Shown: piece after piece, positions 18,797 through 27,676 of the stretch
Layout: each line of letters opens with the position of its first letter
Numbering within the stretch: the first letter of the stretch is position 1
Source: Candidatus Pacebacteria bacterium GW2011_GWA1_46_10
Lineage (GTDB): Bacteria > Patescibacteriota > Microgenomatia > UBA1400 > PJMF01
Reading direction: 5' to 3'
NCBI GenBank assembly: GCA_001002135.1
Contig: LCLP01000001.1
Location: forward strand, 8,417 to 72,416
Length of the DNA stretch: 64,000 bases
Translations under genes and position numbers: made by a program
Notes under the pieces: generated by a model
Seen by the model: only the letters and a program-made list of their open reading frames with translations
What the model was told of the DNA's origin: nothing
Database searches by the model: none

Positions 18797-19956
18797 AACA
18801 CTTTTCGACCAAATTCTTGATTTTTGTTTTATTGGTGGCGGCGATTTTGTCAGGCTATAACTACTTCAAAAGACCGTTTCTTGCTCGGTTTGGCAACTTA
18901 GAACAACAGTTGGAACTCGTCGAAACCCTGCCTGCGCCAGACCCCATCCAGCTGGCAGTCGATCAGTTAACCACTCGGGAAAAGGTACTTCAACTCATTG
19001 CTTATCCGGTGGTGTTGGAGACGAGCGAAGCGTCTTTGTCGGCCGAATTGGCCTGGATCGAGGCGAATCGCCCGGGGTTTGTGACGTTGTTTGGCAGTAG
19101 CATCGACGCTACTCCTGCCGCCCAATTCGTGCAGTCAACGCGTTTCACGGCTGGCTATTTGCCACTGATTGCGGTGGATCATGAGGGTGGAACGGTACAA
19201 CGGTTGAGTGGCGATGGTTTTACACGCCTGCCCAGTTGGCGGCAGGTTTGTCAGTTAGCCGCGTCAACAAGAAAAGAACTGTTTTCCCGATCAGCTCAAG
19301 AGTTGAGTCAGGTGGGAATCCAGCTTATTTTCTCCCCAGTGGTAGATGTTGCCCGTGACGGTTCGTTCTTGGGGAGCCGCGCTTGCTTAACAGAAGGTGA
19401 GGTAGTGAGCACGGCCACTGATTATATTCAGGAGTTTGCACGGTTTGGCGTTTTGTCAGTCATCAAACACTTTCCCGGTATTGGCTCAGTGACTCGTGAT
19501 CTTCACGACCAATTGGATAGCGTGGAGCTTGAGCCTCGGGATACGATTGTCTTTGACCGACTTTTAGGCACCTTTCCTAATATTGGAGTGATGACTACTC
19601 ACGTGGTTGTACCAGAGAGAACAGCTGGTGTGCCATGTAGTTTAAACGCGGCGTGCTTAGATCGTTTTCCGGCGAATTTTCCGCAAGTGGTGTTATTTAC
19701 GGATGCGCTGGAGATGCGCGCCGCCGGTTTGGTGGAAGGAGAAACCACTCCCAAGACACTGTCAACGGTAGCTACCCAAGCGCTGTTGGCCGGTAATGAT
19801 GTATTAGTGTTTGGTGAAACAATCAGCGCAGAAACTGTGGCAGAGGTGATTGCTGTTTTGGAAGAAAATTATATGGCCAACGAAAACTTCCGGCGACGGG
19901 TGGACGACAGTGTGACAAAGATCCTAAAACTTAAATTACCGCAGGAAGGAGAGTAA
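18793..19956 (+). CDS. Membrane-anchored GH3 beta-N-acetylhexosaminidase (NagZ-like)
   Basis: AVDHEGGTVQRL, FSPVVDV, KHFPGIG...DLH, VMTTH and TDALEM. N-terminal TM helix. Confidence 0.85.
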   Translation: MKHFSTKFLIFVLLVAAILSGYNYFKRPFLARFGNLEQQLELVETLPAPDPIQLAVDQLTTREKVLQLIAYPVVLETSEASLSAELAWIEANRPGFVTLFGSSIDATPAAQFVQSTRFTAGYLPLIAVDHEGGTVQRLSGDGFTRLPSWRQVCQLAASTRKELFSRSAQELSQVGIQLIFSPVVDVARDGSFLGSRACLTEGEVVSTATDYIQEFARFGVLSVIKHFPGIGSVTRDLHDQLDSVELEPRDTIVFDRLLGTFPNIGVMTTHVVVPERTAGVPCSLNAACLDRFPANFPQVVLFTDALEMRAAGLVEGETTPKTLSTVATQALLAGNDVLVFGETISAETVAEVIAVLEENYMANENFRRRVDDSVTKILKLKLPQEGE

Positions 19957-20448
19957 GTGCGGCAGGCTAGTTTCTGGCAGCGGCTGGGTTTGAAAATCTT
20001 TGTTTTACTCTCTTACGTATCGTTATTTTTTTTCCTCATGCCGCTGAGTTGGCAACTGTTTTGGTTGGTGGTTGGGGTAGTGTGCGGAGTAGTTTTTTTA
20101 TTGGTTGATGAGTTAGTGGGCTTTCGTTGGTACCAAGAAAAGCCAGCAGACTCAACGTTGACCAAGCCGCGTTTTTTAGTTTCTCGTTCACCACTATTTC
20201 TGATTTCTTTGCCGCCGATCGCCCTCATGGTTTTCACCTCTTTTGGCAGTTTCTGGGCGACTGGAGTACTGGGTGGCATGATGTTGTGGTTGTTGTTGGA
20301 GATGGTGGAGTTACGCCGAGACAGTGTGGCATTTGACCGGCGATTTTTACCGACGATCAAAGGACAAGTTTCACCTCAACACATTCAGATGATTCTATTG
20401 AGTGGTTGGGCATTTTTTGTACTCCTACACTTATTGGTTATGATTTAA
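19957..20448 (+). CDS. Hypothetical membrane protein
   Basis: Four to five TM segments. GTG start directly after the upstream stop, with GGAG upstream. Confidence 0.65.
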   Translation: MRQASFWQRLGLKIFVLLSYVSLFFFLMPLSWQLFWLVVGVVCGVVFLLVDELVGFRWYQEKPADSTLTKPRFLVSRSPLFLISLPPIALMVFTSFGSFWATGVLGGMMLWLLLEMVELRRDSVAFDRRFLPTIKGQVSPQHIQMILLSGWAFFVLLHLLVMI

Positions 20449-20459
20449 GTTCGAAACGT

Positions 20460-21011
20460 ATGGAAGGAAAAGCTAATCAATTGGAAGAGGCAAGGCGCCA
20501 AGAAGTATTGGCGGAAATCGAGGATTGGAGAGCAAAGAACAAAAAAACAGATAGGCCATGGCAGAGCGAGCTAGCTAACTTTCACCTCCTATTACCTGAT
20601 CCTGAAAGTAGTTCAGGTAGTTTTATGACAGATCAATATGAAAGCATGGGTTTTCTAGATAGGCCACATGGCGAGTTCATAACTAATCCTGAGGAGAGAT
20701 CATTGCACAGTGAGCTATTTTTAGGACAAACCCCAAGAGAATTATTTCAAACGATTGACAATGTTATTAAAGACATCTCCTCCGTATCGCTGGTGGAAAT
20801 TCTGAAACTGGTGAGAGAAGAGCGCGCTTATGGAAATACTTTAAACGAGTCTTCTACTTCGTTTGTCGAAATGGATGACAATCACGAGTTAGAGCTTGAA
20901 GCAGCATTTGAAAGAAGTATTATCAAACTTAATGAGTTGAATATGTATGTTATGCCAATTTATATAGTTTTACGGGTGAAGGGTTACACTCATTATGATC
21001 TCACGTCGTAA
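20460..21011 (+). CDS. Hypothetical acidic protein
   Basis: Open frame with no recognisable motif. Visibly more A-rich than its neighbours. Confidence 0.55.
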   Translation: MEGKANQLEEARRQEVLAEIEDWRAKNKKTDRPWQSELANFHLLLPDPESSSGSFMTDQYESMGFLDRPHGEFITNPEERSLHSELFLGQTPRELFQTIDNVIKDISSVSLVEILKLVREERAYGNTLNESSTSFVEMDDNHELELEAAFERSIIKLNELNMYVMPIYIVLRVKGYTHYDLTS

Positions 21012-21462
21012 TGTTTTCTTTTGGTTAAAAATTATTTTAGGTGTTGGCATTGTTTTTTTATTCTTACTGTTGTTTTTAAGATTGAGAAATAATTTTTCTG
21101 ACCTACGTTCTTTTTCCGACCATTCAATCATTGCTTGGCAACTGGAAAACCAGCCGCTGAAAGTTGAGTTGGTCAACACTCCAGCAAGCATTACTCAGGG
21201 GTTGAGTGGGCGAACTGGACTAGATGGTATTGACGGTATGTTGTTTGTTTTTGACCAACCGGCTATTAGAACTTTTTGGATGAAAGGGATGGCAATGCCA
21301 ATCGATATTATTTGGCTTTACCAGGGAAAAGTTGTCGGTATCGAGCGTAATGTTCAGCCACCGCCTGAAGGGACTACAGACCAAGCATTAGAGCGATATC
21401 TGGCGCCACAGGTGGTGGACATGGTTTTGGAAACAGCACCTGGCAGGTTATCTTTACCTTAA
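20995..21462 (+). CDS. DUF192 family protein
   Basis: GLSGR, GMLFVF, FWMKGM.MPIDIIW and VLETAPG. N-terminal TM helix. Confidence 0.88.
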   Translation: MISRRNVFFWLKIILGVGIVFLFLLLFLRLRNNFSDLRSFSDHSIIAWQLENQPLKVELVNTPASITQGLSGRTGLDGIDGMLFVFDQPAIRTFWMKGMAMPIDIIWLYQGKVVGIERNVQPPPEGTTDQALERYLAPQVVDMVLETAPGRLSLP

Positions 21463-21509
21463 CTCCCAGGCTCTTTTTTCTCTTGGGCAAACACAGTATT
21501 ATACGTACT

Positions 21510-22220
21510 GTGTCTGATACGCTTGCCCAACCGGCTACTGGCTTGGCTCATCGTCTAGTTGGTGACCCCAACTCGATGATTGGGGCGCTGATTAAGCGTG
21601 GCCTAACCGGTCAGGCAGTAACCTCTCAAGTTCAGCCTGGTGTTAATTCTTCTCCTCACGCAACTGCTCGCACAACTCCTGCTCTTGACACACTCGAACA
21701 AGTCTTGACTGAAGTAGAACAAACGAGTCAACAGCCGGTTGTCGACACGACAGGTGAAGGAGTGATGTCTCAGGTGATGCCGCAAGTGATGACACAGACT
21801 GCTGACTCACTTGATCCTCACAAACCGATGGTGGCCACCACGCAAAAAGAAAAAGTGGCGCCGGCGACTACCCTTGAACAGGTGGCGGTTGACGCGGTTG
21901 GCGGGGTGCAGCAAGTTGAAGTGGAACCCACGCCGGAGATCCCGCCGGAGGTTGAGAGCTATTTACAAAAAGTTGAGGAGCAACCAGAAACTGCTCCCAA
22001 AGAAATTGTGGTGGCCGATGGAATGCCAACCGCGCCAACCGATCACCAATACCCCGCCCAGCCCGTGGTAGTTTTGCCAATTACTCAAGCGGAAGAGCAG
22101 GCCGGCGCCAAGAAAAGTCCAAAGTTTAGTATTAGGTGGTTGGTGGAATGGAGTCGTAAGCTCATGAAAATGTTTGTGGGCAAAGTGATTTATCGGTCAG
22201 TGGAAGGGAGTGCTGCGTAA
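21510..22220 (+). CDS. Hypothetical Pro/Gln/Thr-rich protein coupled to the VirD4-like ATPase
   Basis: TATTAT-N7-GTG at 21510, in the frame of the 21483 ORF. TAATG overlap with the next gene. Conserved-looking tail VVVLP..SIRWLVEW. Confidence 0.65.
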   Translation: MSDTLAQPATGLAHRLVGDPNSMIGALIKRGLTGQAVTSQVQPGVNSSPHATARTTPALDTLEQVLTEVEQTSQQPVVDTTGEGVMSQVMPQVMTQTADSLDPHKPMVATTQKEKVAPATTLEQVAVDAVGGVQQVEVEPTPEIPPEVESYLQKVEEQPETAPKEIVVADGMPTAPTDHQYPAQPVVVLPITQAEEQAGAKKSPKFSIRWLVEWSRKLMKMFVGKVIYRSVEGSAA

Positions 22221-24556
22221 TGTTTTTGGAATCGCAGGGTTTTATCACCAGTGTTTCTTTGTTTTTTGCCAATCTTTTTTTATGGCTAGGGATGATTGGT
22301 GTCGCTCTGGTGCTTGGTTACCTGTTACTCCAATGGCTTAAGTATCGCAACCGCGAAGGGTATTCGCTAGATTTCGTGACACTGTTGGTACGCTTGCCGA
22401 AAGACAACGAAATTAAAGTTGACGCGGCCGAACAAATGTTTGCGGGGTTGTACGCCTTAAAACACCACGGCTTTTTCTCGTTTTTGAAGGCAGAGGAACT
22501 GATTAGTTTCGAAATTGTTGGTCTCAAAGAGGAGATTGCTTTCTATGTCAGTTGTCCAAGGAGAGTACGCGACTTGGTGGAAAAACAAATCCATGGTGCC
22601 TATCCTACCGCCGACATCAAAGAAACCGACGAGGTCAATATTTTCAGTGAAAAAGGCCGAGTGGCGTTTGCCTCACTGCGCCTTAAGCAGGCTAAATACT
22701 TGCCGGTTAAAACATATAAAGACTTGCCGACCGATGGTTTATCGCTGATCACGTCCGCTTTTTCCAAAATGGGCGACGGCGAAGGAGCGATTCTGCAAAT
22801 TCTGATTCACCCAGAGAGTCAAGGGTGGCAGCGCAAGGGCAGAAATTACATGAAGGAAGAGAAGAAACGTGAAGCCGACCCGCAAAAGGCTACCTATGGT
22901 CATGATCCCAAAGAAATGGAGGCTGTGACGACTAAGGTAGAAAAACCAGGCTTTCGAACCTCGATCAGAGTCGTGGTTTCCTCACCGCAAGTGGCAATGG
23001 CACAGTCGCACCTCAATAATATTGTGGGCGCTTTTTCGCAGTTTACTTCCGCGTATAACGAGTTTTGGCGCACGCGTTTCTATATCAAACATCTGTTTAT
23101 GGTTGATTTTATTTACCGCTACATGCCGCTTTTCGGCTGGCGGACATCGATTTTGAATACGGAAGAGTTGGCCACCATTTTTCACTTTCCCAACAAAACT
23201 GTTGAGACACACCATATCAAGTGGTTGATTGCCAAAAACGCACCGGCGCCCCACCAAGTTCCACAAGAAGGATTGTTCCTTGGTAAATCACTCTACCGAG
23301 GAGAGGTGCGCGAGGTGCACATGACTCTTAAAGACCGCCAACGCCATATGTACATTGTTGGGAAAACCGGCACTGGTAAATCAGAATTCTTGAAAGAAAT
23401 GGTCTTGCAGGATATTGCCAATGGTGAGGGGGTGTGTGCGGTGGATCCGCATGGCGAGTTTGTGGAAGAAGTGTTGCAGTTGATCCCACCGGAGCGCGCG
23501 GAGGATGTCATTTACTTTAACCCCTCTGACCTCACGCGGCCAATGGGGCTCAATATGATGGAGGCGGATACGGAAGAGCAAAAGCATTTTGTGGTCAGTT
23601 CAATTATTGGTTTGATGTACAAGCTGTATGATCCCCACCGCACCGGCATTATTGGGCCACGATTCGAGCACGCCATCCGGAATGCGATGTTGACCATTAT
23701 GTCCAAAGAAGGCTCGACATTTATCGAGCTGGTGCGGACCTTGACTGACCCCAAGTTTGTCGAGGAGATGCTGCCCTATGTCAAAGACCCGGTGGTGAAA
23801 CGATATTGGACCGATCAGATCGCCCAGACAAGCGATTTCCACAAGTCTGAAGTCTTGGACTACATTGTCTCCAAGTTTGGCCGCTTTGTAACCAACAAAA
23901 CCATGCGTAATATCATTGGTCAACCAAAGAGCGCCTTTAATTTCCGCAAAGCGATGGACGAGAAGAAGATTATTCTCTGTAACCTCTCCAAGGGTATCTT
24001 GGGTGAGGAAGACGCCAAGTTTCTTGGTTTGATCCTAGTACCAAAAGTCCTGACCGCGGCCATGAGTCGCCAGGATGTGCCGATGGATCAACGCACTGAC
24101 TTTTTCCTCTATGTCGACGAGTTTCAGAACTTTGCCACCGAGGATTTTGCCACTATCTTGTCAGAGGCCAGGAAATACAAGCTTAACCTAATTGTGGCTA
24201 ACCAGTTTATCGGCCAGATTGACGAAGAGGTCAAAAACGCGGTGTTTGGCAATGTTGGGACCATTATTTCTTTCCGAGTTGGTGTGACGGATGCCAATTT
24301 CCTTCAGCACGAGTTTACCCCAGTCTTCAACGAAACTGATCTAACCAACGTAGAGAAGTACCACGTTTACGTCAAGACGATCGTGAATAATGAGCCAATG
24401 CCTGCCTTCAGCATGTCGCTGGAGAAAGATATTGATGCCATCAAGGCCAAGATGAACCCCAAGTTGGCCGAGATGGTCAAGCAATTGTCCCGCTTAAAGT
24501 ACGGCAAGGACCGCGAGGTAGTGGAGGCAGAAATTCAGGTTCGGGCGCGGTTGTAA
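22220..24556 (+). CDS. VirD4/TrwB (HerA-FtsK superfamily) type IV secretion coupling-like ATPase
   Basis: N-terminal TM helix, RHMYIVGKTGTGKS (Walker A), VDPHGE, FLYVDEFQNF (Walker B), SEARKY..LIVANQ and GNVGT. Confidence 0.88.
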   Translation: MFLESQGFITSVSLFFANLFLWLGMIGVALVLGYLLLQWLKYRNREGYSLDFVTLLVRLPKDNEIKVDAAEQMFAGLYALKHHGFFSFLKAEELISFEIVGLKEEIAFYVSCPRRVRDLVEKQIHGAYPTADIKETDEVNIFSEKGRVAFASLRLKQAKYLPVKTYKDLPTDGLSLITSAFSKMGDGEGAILQILIHPESQGWQRKGRNYMKEEKKREADPQKATYGHDPKEMEAVTTKVEKPGFRTSIRVVVSSPQVAMAQSHLNNIVGAFSQFTSAYNEFWRTRFYIKHLFMVDFIYRYMPLFGWRTSILNTEELATIFHFPNKTVETHHIKWLIAKNAPAPHQVPQEGLFLGKSLYRGEVREVHMTLKDRQRHMYIVGKTGTGKSEFLKEMVLQDIANGEGVCAVDPHGEFVEEVLQLIPPERAEDVIYFNPSDLTRPMGLNMMEADTEEQKHFVVSSIIGLMYKLYDPHRTGIIGPRFEHAIRNAMLTIMSKEGSTFIELVRTLTDPKFVEEMLPYVKDPVVKRYWTDQIAQTSDFHKSEVLDYIVSKFGRFVTNKTMRNIIGQPKSAFNFRKAMDEKKIILCNLSKGILGEEDAKFLGLILVPKVLTAAMSRQDVPMDQRTDFFLYVDEFQNFATEDFATILSEARKYKLNLIVANQFIGQIDEEVKNAVFGNVGTIISFRVGVTDANFLQHEFTPVFNETDLTNVEKYHVYVKTIVNNEPMPAFSMSLEKDIDAIKAKMNPKLAEMVKQLSRLKYGKDREVVEAEIQVRARL

Positions 24557-24647
24557 ATCTCTCGATTTTTATTCGGTGTTTTTAATGACTAAGGTAGTTC
24601 ATTTTGCGTGATTCTTCGATTTTTTCTCGACTGATGGTGTGTTTCAA

Positions 24648-24986
24648 ATGCCATCATCTGCTGAATACACTCGCTATAGTCACTCTCATGAGTTGGAACG
24701 TTACTGGGGAAAAAAAGGAGTGGTTTATTCGATCAGTACGGTTCACCATCCCAGTGCGGGATCAGAGTACCCGGTGAAAGCGCCGGCGGGCTTTGAGGCT
24801 TTGGCTCCATATGACATAGCTTTAATAGAGTTTCCGGATGGGAGTCGCCGCACTTTTATGGCGATGTCTAGTGAAAACTTGCAGACTGGTGACGAAGTGG
24901 AGTGTGTGGTTGGTGCCAATCCGCCGACGAGTGATGGAGCAATTATTCCGTATAAAATCAAAGTCCGCCGTCCGATTTCGTGTTGA
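24648..24986 (+). CDS. DUF35-type OB-fold protein lacking the Zn ribbon
   Basis: GVVYSISTVH..APAGFEALAPYDIALIEF.DG..GDEVECV..IIPYKIK resembles the DUF35 OB domain. Confidence 0.6.
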   Translation: MPSSAEYTRYSHSHELERYWGKKGVVYSISTVHHPSAGSEYPVKAPAGFEALAPYDIALIEFPDGSRRTFMAMSSENLQTGDEVECVVGANPPTSDGAIIPYKIKVRRPISC

Positions 24987-25113
24987 AATACTCCCTTGCT
25001 GAAAATGACACCCGATATCTGCACTGCAAATGCAAGGCAGATTTGAGGGATTGTTCTCACATCAACAACTCTATAAAAAGTAGCTTTTTGCATGATTTTT
25101 GAGATAATACGCG

Positions 25114-25149
25114 ACAAATATCTACCCACTGTAGTGGGTATTTGTTTTT
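25114..25149 (+). terminator. Hairpin plus T-tract immediately before ATG 25150
   Basis: TACCCAC-TGTA-GTGGGTA (25123-25140), extendable by ACAAA/TTTGT, followed by a T-rich tract. Confidence 0.5.
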
Positions 25150-25746
25150 ATGCCAAAAGAATATCGGTCGGGCGTTATTGCTGTGCCAAGAACTCAAGCC
25201 GGTGAGATACTACTACTGCCGGTTCAACCTGAAGACGTCAACGGTAAAGATAAGCATGAGTGTGTTGCAGTTGGCAGAAACGAGGAGCCAGCTGGAGCGT
25301 ACGAAAAAATTCGTCCTGAGCAAAGGGGTTTTATTAGTGGCGCTATTAAGAAACCAGCAGATTGGCAAAATGGTATTCAGCAAGTTTTCTCGTCGGCACT
25401 GATTCGTGAGGCTAAGTCTGAATTAGGATTGACGATTTCTCCTGAAGCGATTAGTCCAGAGCCATTAGTCTTGGGACATATCGAGCAACGACGCAGTGGT
25501 GGTGAAGTAAGTTTCCTCGTGTTTCTGTTGGAAGTGACGATTTTCAGTGAGCAGCTTGAGTTTTTAGCAGAGAGAGCAAGAGAGATTAGACAGCAACTTG
25601 GCCTGCCAGCTGAAAAGGCAGAGAGTTTGGTGCGTTTGCTACCGAGTGAGGCGGCCGCATACCTGCAAGAAAATGGCAAGTTACTGCGGCCGGCGGCTCG
25701 TGAAGCGCTAACCAGGTACGCGGCCGCCCAGAATCTTTCTCTATGA
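25150..25746 (+). CDS. Nudix-fold-like protein with a divergent Nudix box
   Basis: GFISGAIK...ALIREAKSELGL resembles G..G.....REuxEExGu, with an insertion and one Glu replaced by Ser. Confidence 0.55.
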   Translation: MPKEYRSGVIAVPRTQAGEILLLPVQPEDVNGKDKHECVAVGRNEEPAGAYEKIRPEQRGFISGAIKKPADWQNGIQQVFSSALIREAKSELGLTISPEAISPEPLVLGHIEQRRSGGEVSFLVFLLEVTIFSEQLEFLAERAREIRQQLGLPAEKAESLVRLLPSEAAAYLQENGKLLRPAAREALTRYAAAQNLSL

Positions 25747-26546
25747 GAAAAAAGCCAATTACTCTCATTAAACTGGGTGGTTCAATCATCACTGATAAAG
25801 ACAGACCAATGTCAGTGAAGAGTAGCCGTTTGACTGCGTTAGTCAAGCAAATCAGGCGGGCGATGAAGGAGAAACCTGGTAAACAGTTCATTATTGGCCA
25901 CGGCTCTGGCAGTTTCGGTCATGTCCCAGCTAAACAGTACAAAACACTTGATGGTTTTGTGAATGGTCAAAGCCGACTAGGGATGGCGGTCGTACAGGAT
26001 GCGGCCGCTCAGCTTAACCGTCTGGTGGTGGCTGAATGCATCAAACATGGTATACCAGCAGTGACGTTTGCCCCTAGTAACACCCTGATTGTTGACAGTC
26101 GTCACGAAAAAGAAAATTTTTTTCAACTGCTTGAGTCATATTTGGCAAAAGGAATGCTTCCCATCACGTATGGTGATGTGGTGGTTGACCTTAAACAAGG
26201 TTGCACCGTGTGGTCTACCGAAGAGGTGTTTGCGCAGTTGGCTGGATGGTTGAGTAGGAAAGGGTATGCGGTTGACTCGGTTGTTCACGTGACACAAGTG
26301 GCTGGTTTTTTGGCTGAAAAGGGGAAAGTTATTCCGGAAATTACGGCCAAAACTTGGCCGGCGCTCAAGAAACATCTCTATAAAACCAAGGGTTTTGACG
26401 TCACCGGTGGGATGACGCTCAAGATTGAGGCCTCACTCAAACTGGCGGAAAAAGGGGTTAAATCAGTGATTTTATCAGGGGTCGCTGCTGATCATCTCTA
26501 CAGGTACTTGGTTGACAAAGCTTGGGTTGGGACAATGGTGGTTTGA
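25743..26546 (+). CDS. Isopentenyl phosphate kinase (amino-acid kinase superfamily)
   Basis: IKLGGSIITDK, GHGSGSFGH (IPK signature His), YGDVV and DVTGGM..K. Confidence 0.88.
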   Translation: MRKKPITLIKLGGSIITDKDRPMSVKSSRLTALVKQIRRAMKEKPGKQFIIGHGSGSFGHVPAKQYKTLDGFVNGQSRLGMAVVQDAAAQLNRLVVAECIKHGIPAVTFAPSNTLIVDSRHEKENFFQLLESYLAKGMLPITYGDVVVDLKQGCTVWSTEEVFAQLAGWLSRKGYAVDSVVHVTQVAGFLAEKGKVIPEITAKTWPALKKHLYKTKGFDVTGGMTLKIEASLKLAEKGVKSVILSGVAADHLYRYLVDKAWVGTMVV

Positions 26547-26552
26547 AAAAAC

Positions 26553-26945
26553 TTACCTCTTTTTATACTCTCTGATTTTTGTCCAAATACTCCCCTTCAA
26601 CTCATCAACTGAGGAGAGGCGTTCTTCGTTTTTATGTCTGATGTAAACGATAGGCAAATGAGGGAACTCTTTGGCTTTTCTGATTTGATTTCTCCTGGTA
26701 GAAGTGATAGCGATCGGCATTTCTTGGTCTGGGAGTTTAATTAAAAAGTGGGCTTCTTGTTGGCCTGATGCTGAGTCAGCACTCACTCTTTCCCAACCGG
26801 TGATCGCTCCTTCCGCGACAAGACTTTGTAAGGCTTCTTCAAAACGCATGCCATAAATCAGGCTCAACCCTCTCACATCACCTTCTTTTAAGGCTTCTAT
26901 AAATTGCTCGTCCAGGCTTAGTTTCGAGGGGTTTTGTTCTGTCAC
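26553..26945 (-). CDS. Hypothetical protein
   Basis: 130-aa ORF with a TATACT-N6-GTG start. Confidence 0.6.
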   Translation of the reverse strand: MTEQNPSKLSLDEQFIEALKEGDVRGLSLIYGMRFEEALQSLVAEGAITGWERVSADSASGQQEAHFLIKLPDQEMPIAITSTRRNQIRKAKEFPHLPIVYIRHKNEERLSSVDELKGSIWTKIREYKKR

Positions 26946-26985
26946 TCGTTTAGTATATCTTACTTGGTCAATCCTGTTAACAAAC

Positions 26986-27669
26986 CTATACTACCACAAA
27001 CAGGTAGTAGTAATACCCAATCAAACCAGCGAGGCCAAACCAGACTTGGGTATAGGCCCAGCTGCGGATTTTTTCTTTTAAAAGTACAAAAGGAACGAGT
27101 GAGGTTAAAAGAGTTACTGCCAAAACGGCAAAAGTAATGGTTGGAGTAGCAAAAATGATCATCAACAGTGTCAAAGCCAGCAAGCCGGTGGACCACATTA
27201 ACTTGGTGTATTTAGTTTCCCGGTGACCAATTTTGTGGAAACTATCCGCAAAAAGAATAAATAAAACGGCCGCTACATATAACTGCCAGTGGTGTAAGCC
27301 GATCGGTAGAGAGAAAGGCAGGATGTAAATTGGGATGTTGCCTAATCCCTCTAACCGCTCCAACCAGAAGTTTTGTTTTTTCAGGATTGCTTGGAGATTA
27401 ACAACGACGTCTCCTAAGAGCGCCAGCGTGGTGACCAGCGGATAAAAATAAAAAGCCACTCCAGTCAGTAAAGCGGCGTGGGTAGGAAAGGGGCGTTTAT
27501 GTTCCAACCAGTCGTCAAAAGGCATCACCACGTATTGAATAATCAAGACGGAAGTCAGGTGAGCCCAGCCATAAAAACCAAACTTGAAATAAAATAAAAA
27601 CCCGGCCGCTGTTTCGCCGAGATTAACCAAGAAGTGTTTGAGGTCAGTTTTTAGATATTTGCCGTTCAC
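26986..27669 (-). CDS. Hypothetical polytopic membrane protein
   Basis: Seven to eight hydrophobic segments with acidic motifs (FDDWLE, GD, ERLEG, ADSFHK). Confidence 0.65.
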   Translation of the reverse strand: MNGKYLKTDLKHFLVNLGETAAGFLFYFKFGFYGWAHLTSVLIIQYVVMPFDDWLEHKRPFPTHAALLTGVAFYFYPLVTTLALLGDVVVNLQAILKKQNFWLERLEGLGNIPIYILPFSLPIGLHHWQLYVAAVLFILFADSFHKIGHRETKYTKLMWSTGLLALTLLMIIFATPTITFAVLAVTLLTSLVPFVLLKEKIRSWAYTQVWFGLAGLIGYYYYLFVVV

Positions 27670-27676
27670 CTTGAGT

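Noticed and set aside
6411-24556. Integrated conjugative element (pilins plus coupling protein)
   Set aside because: No integrase, relaxase or att repeats are evident, and the genes are interleaved with recF, pth and the ligase at similar composition.
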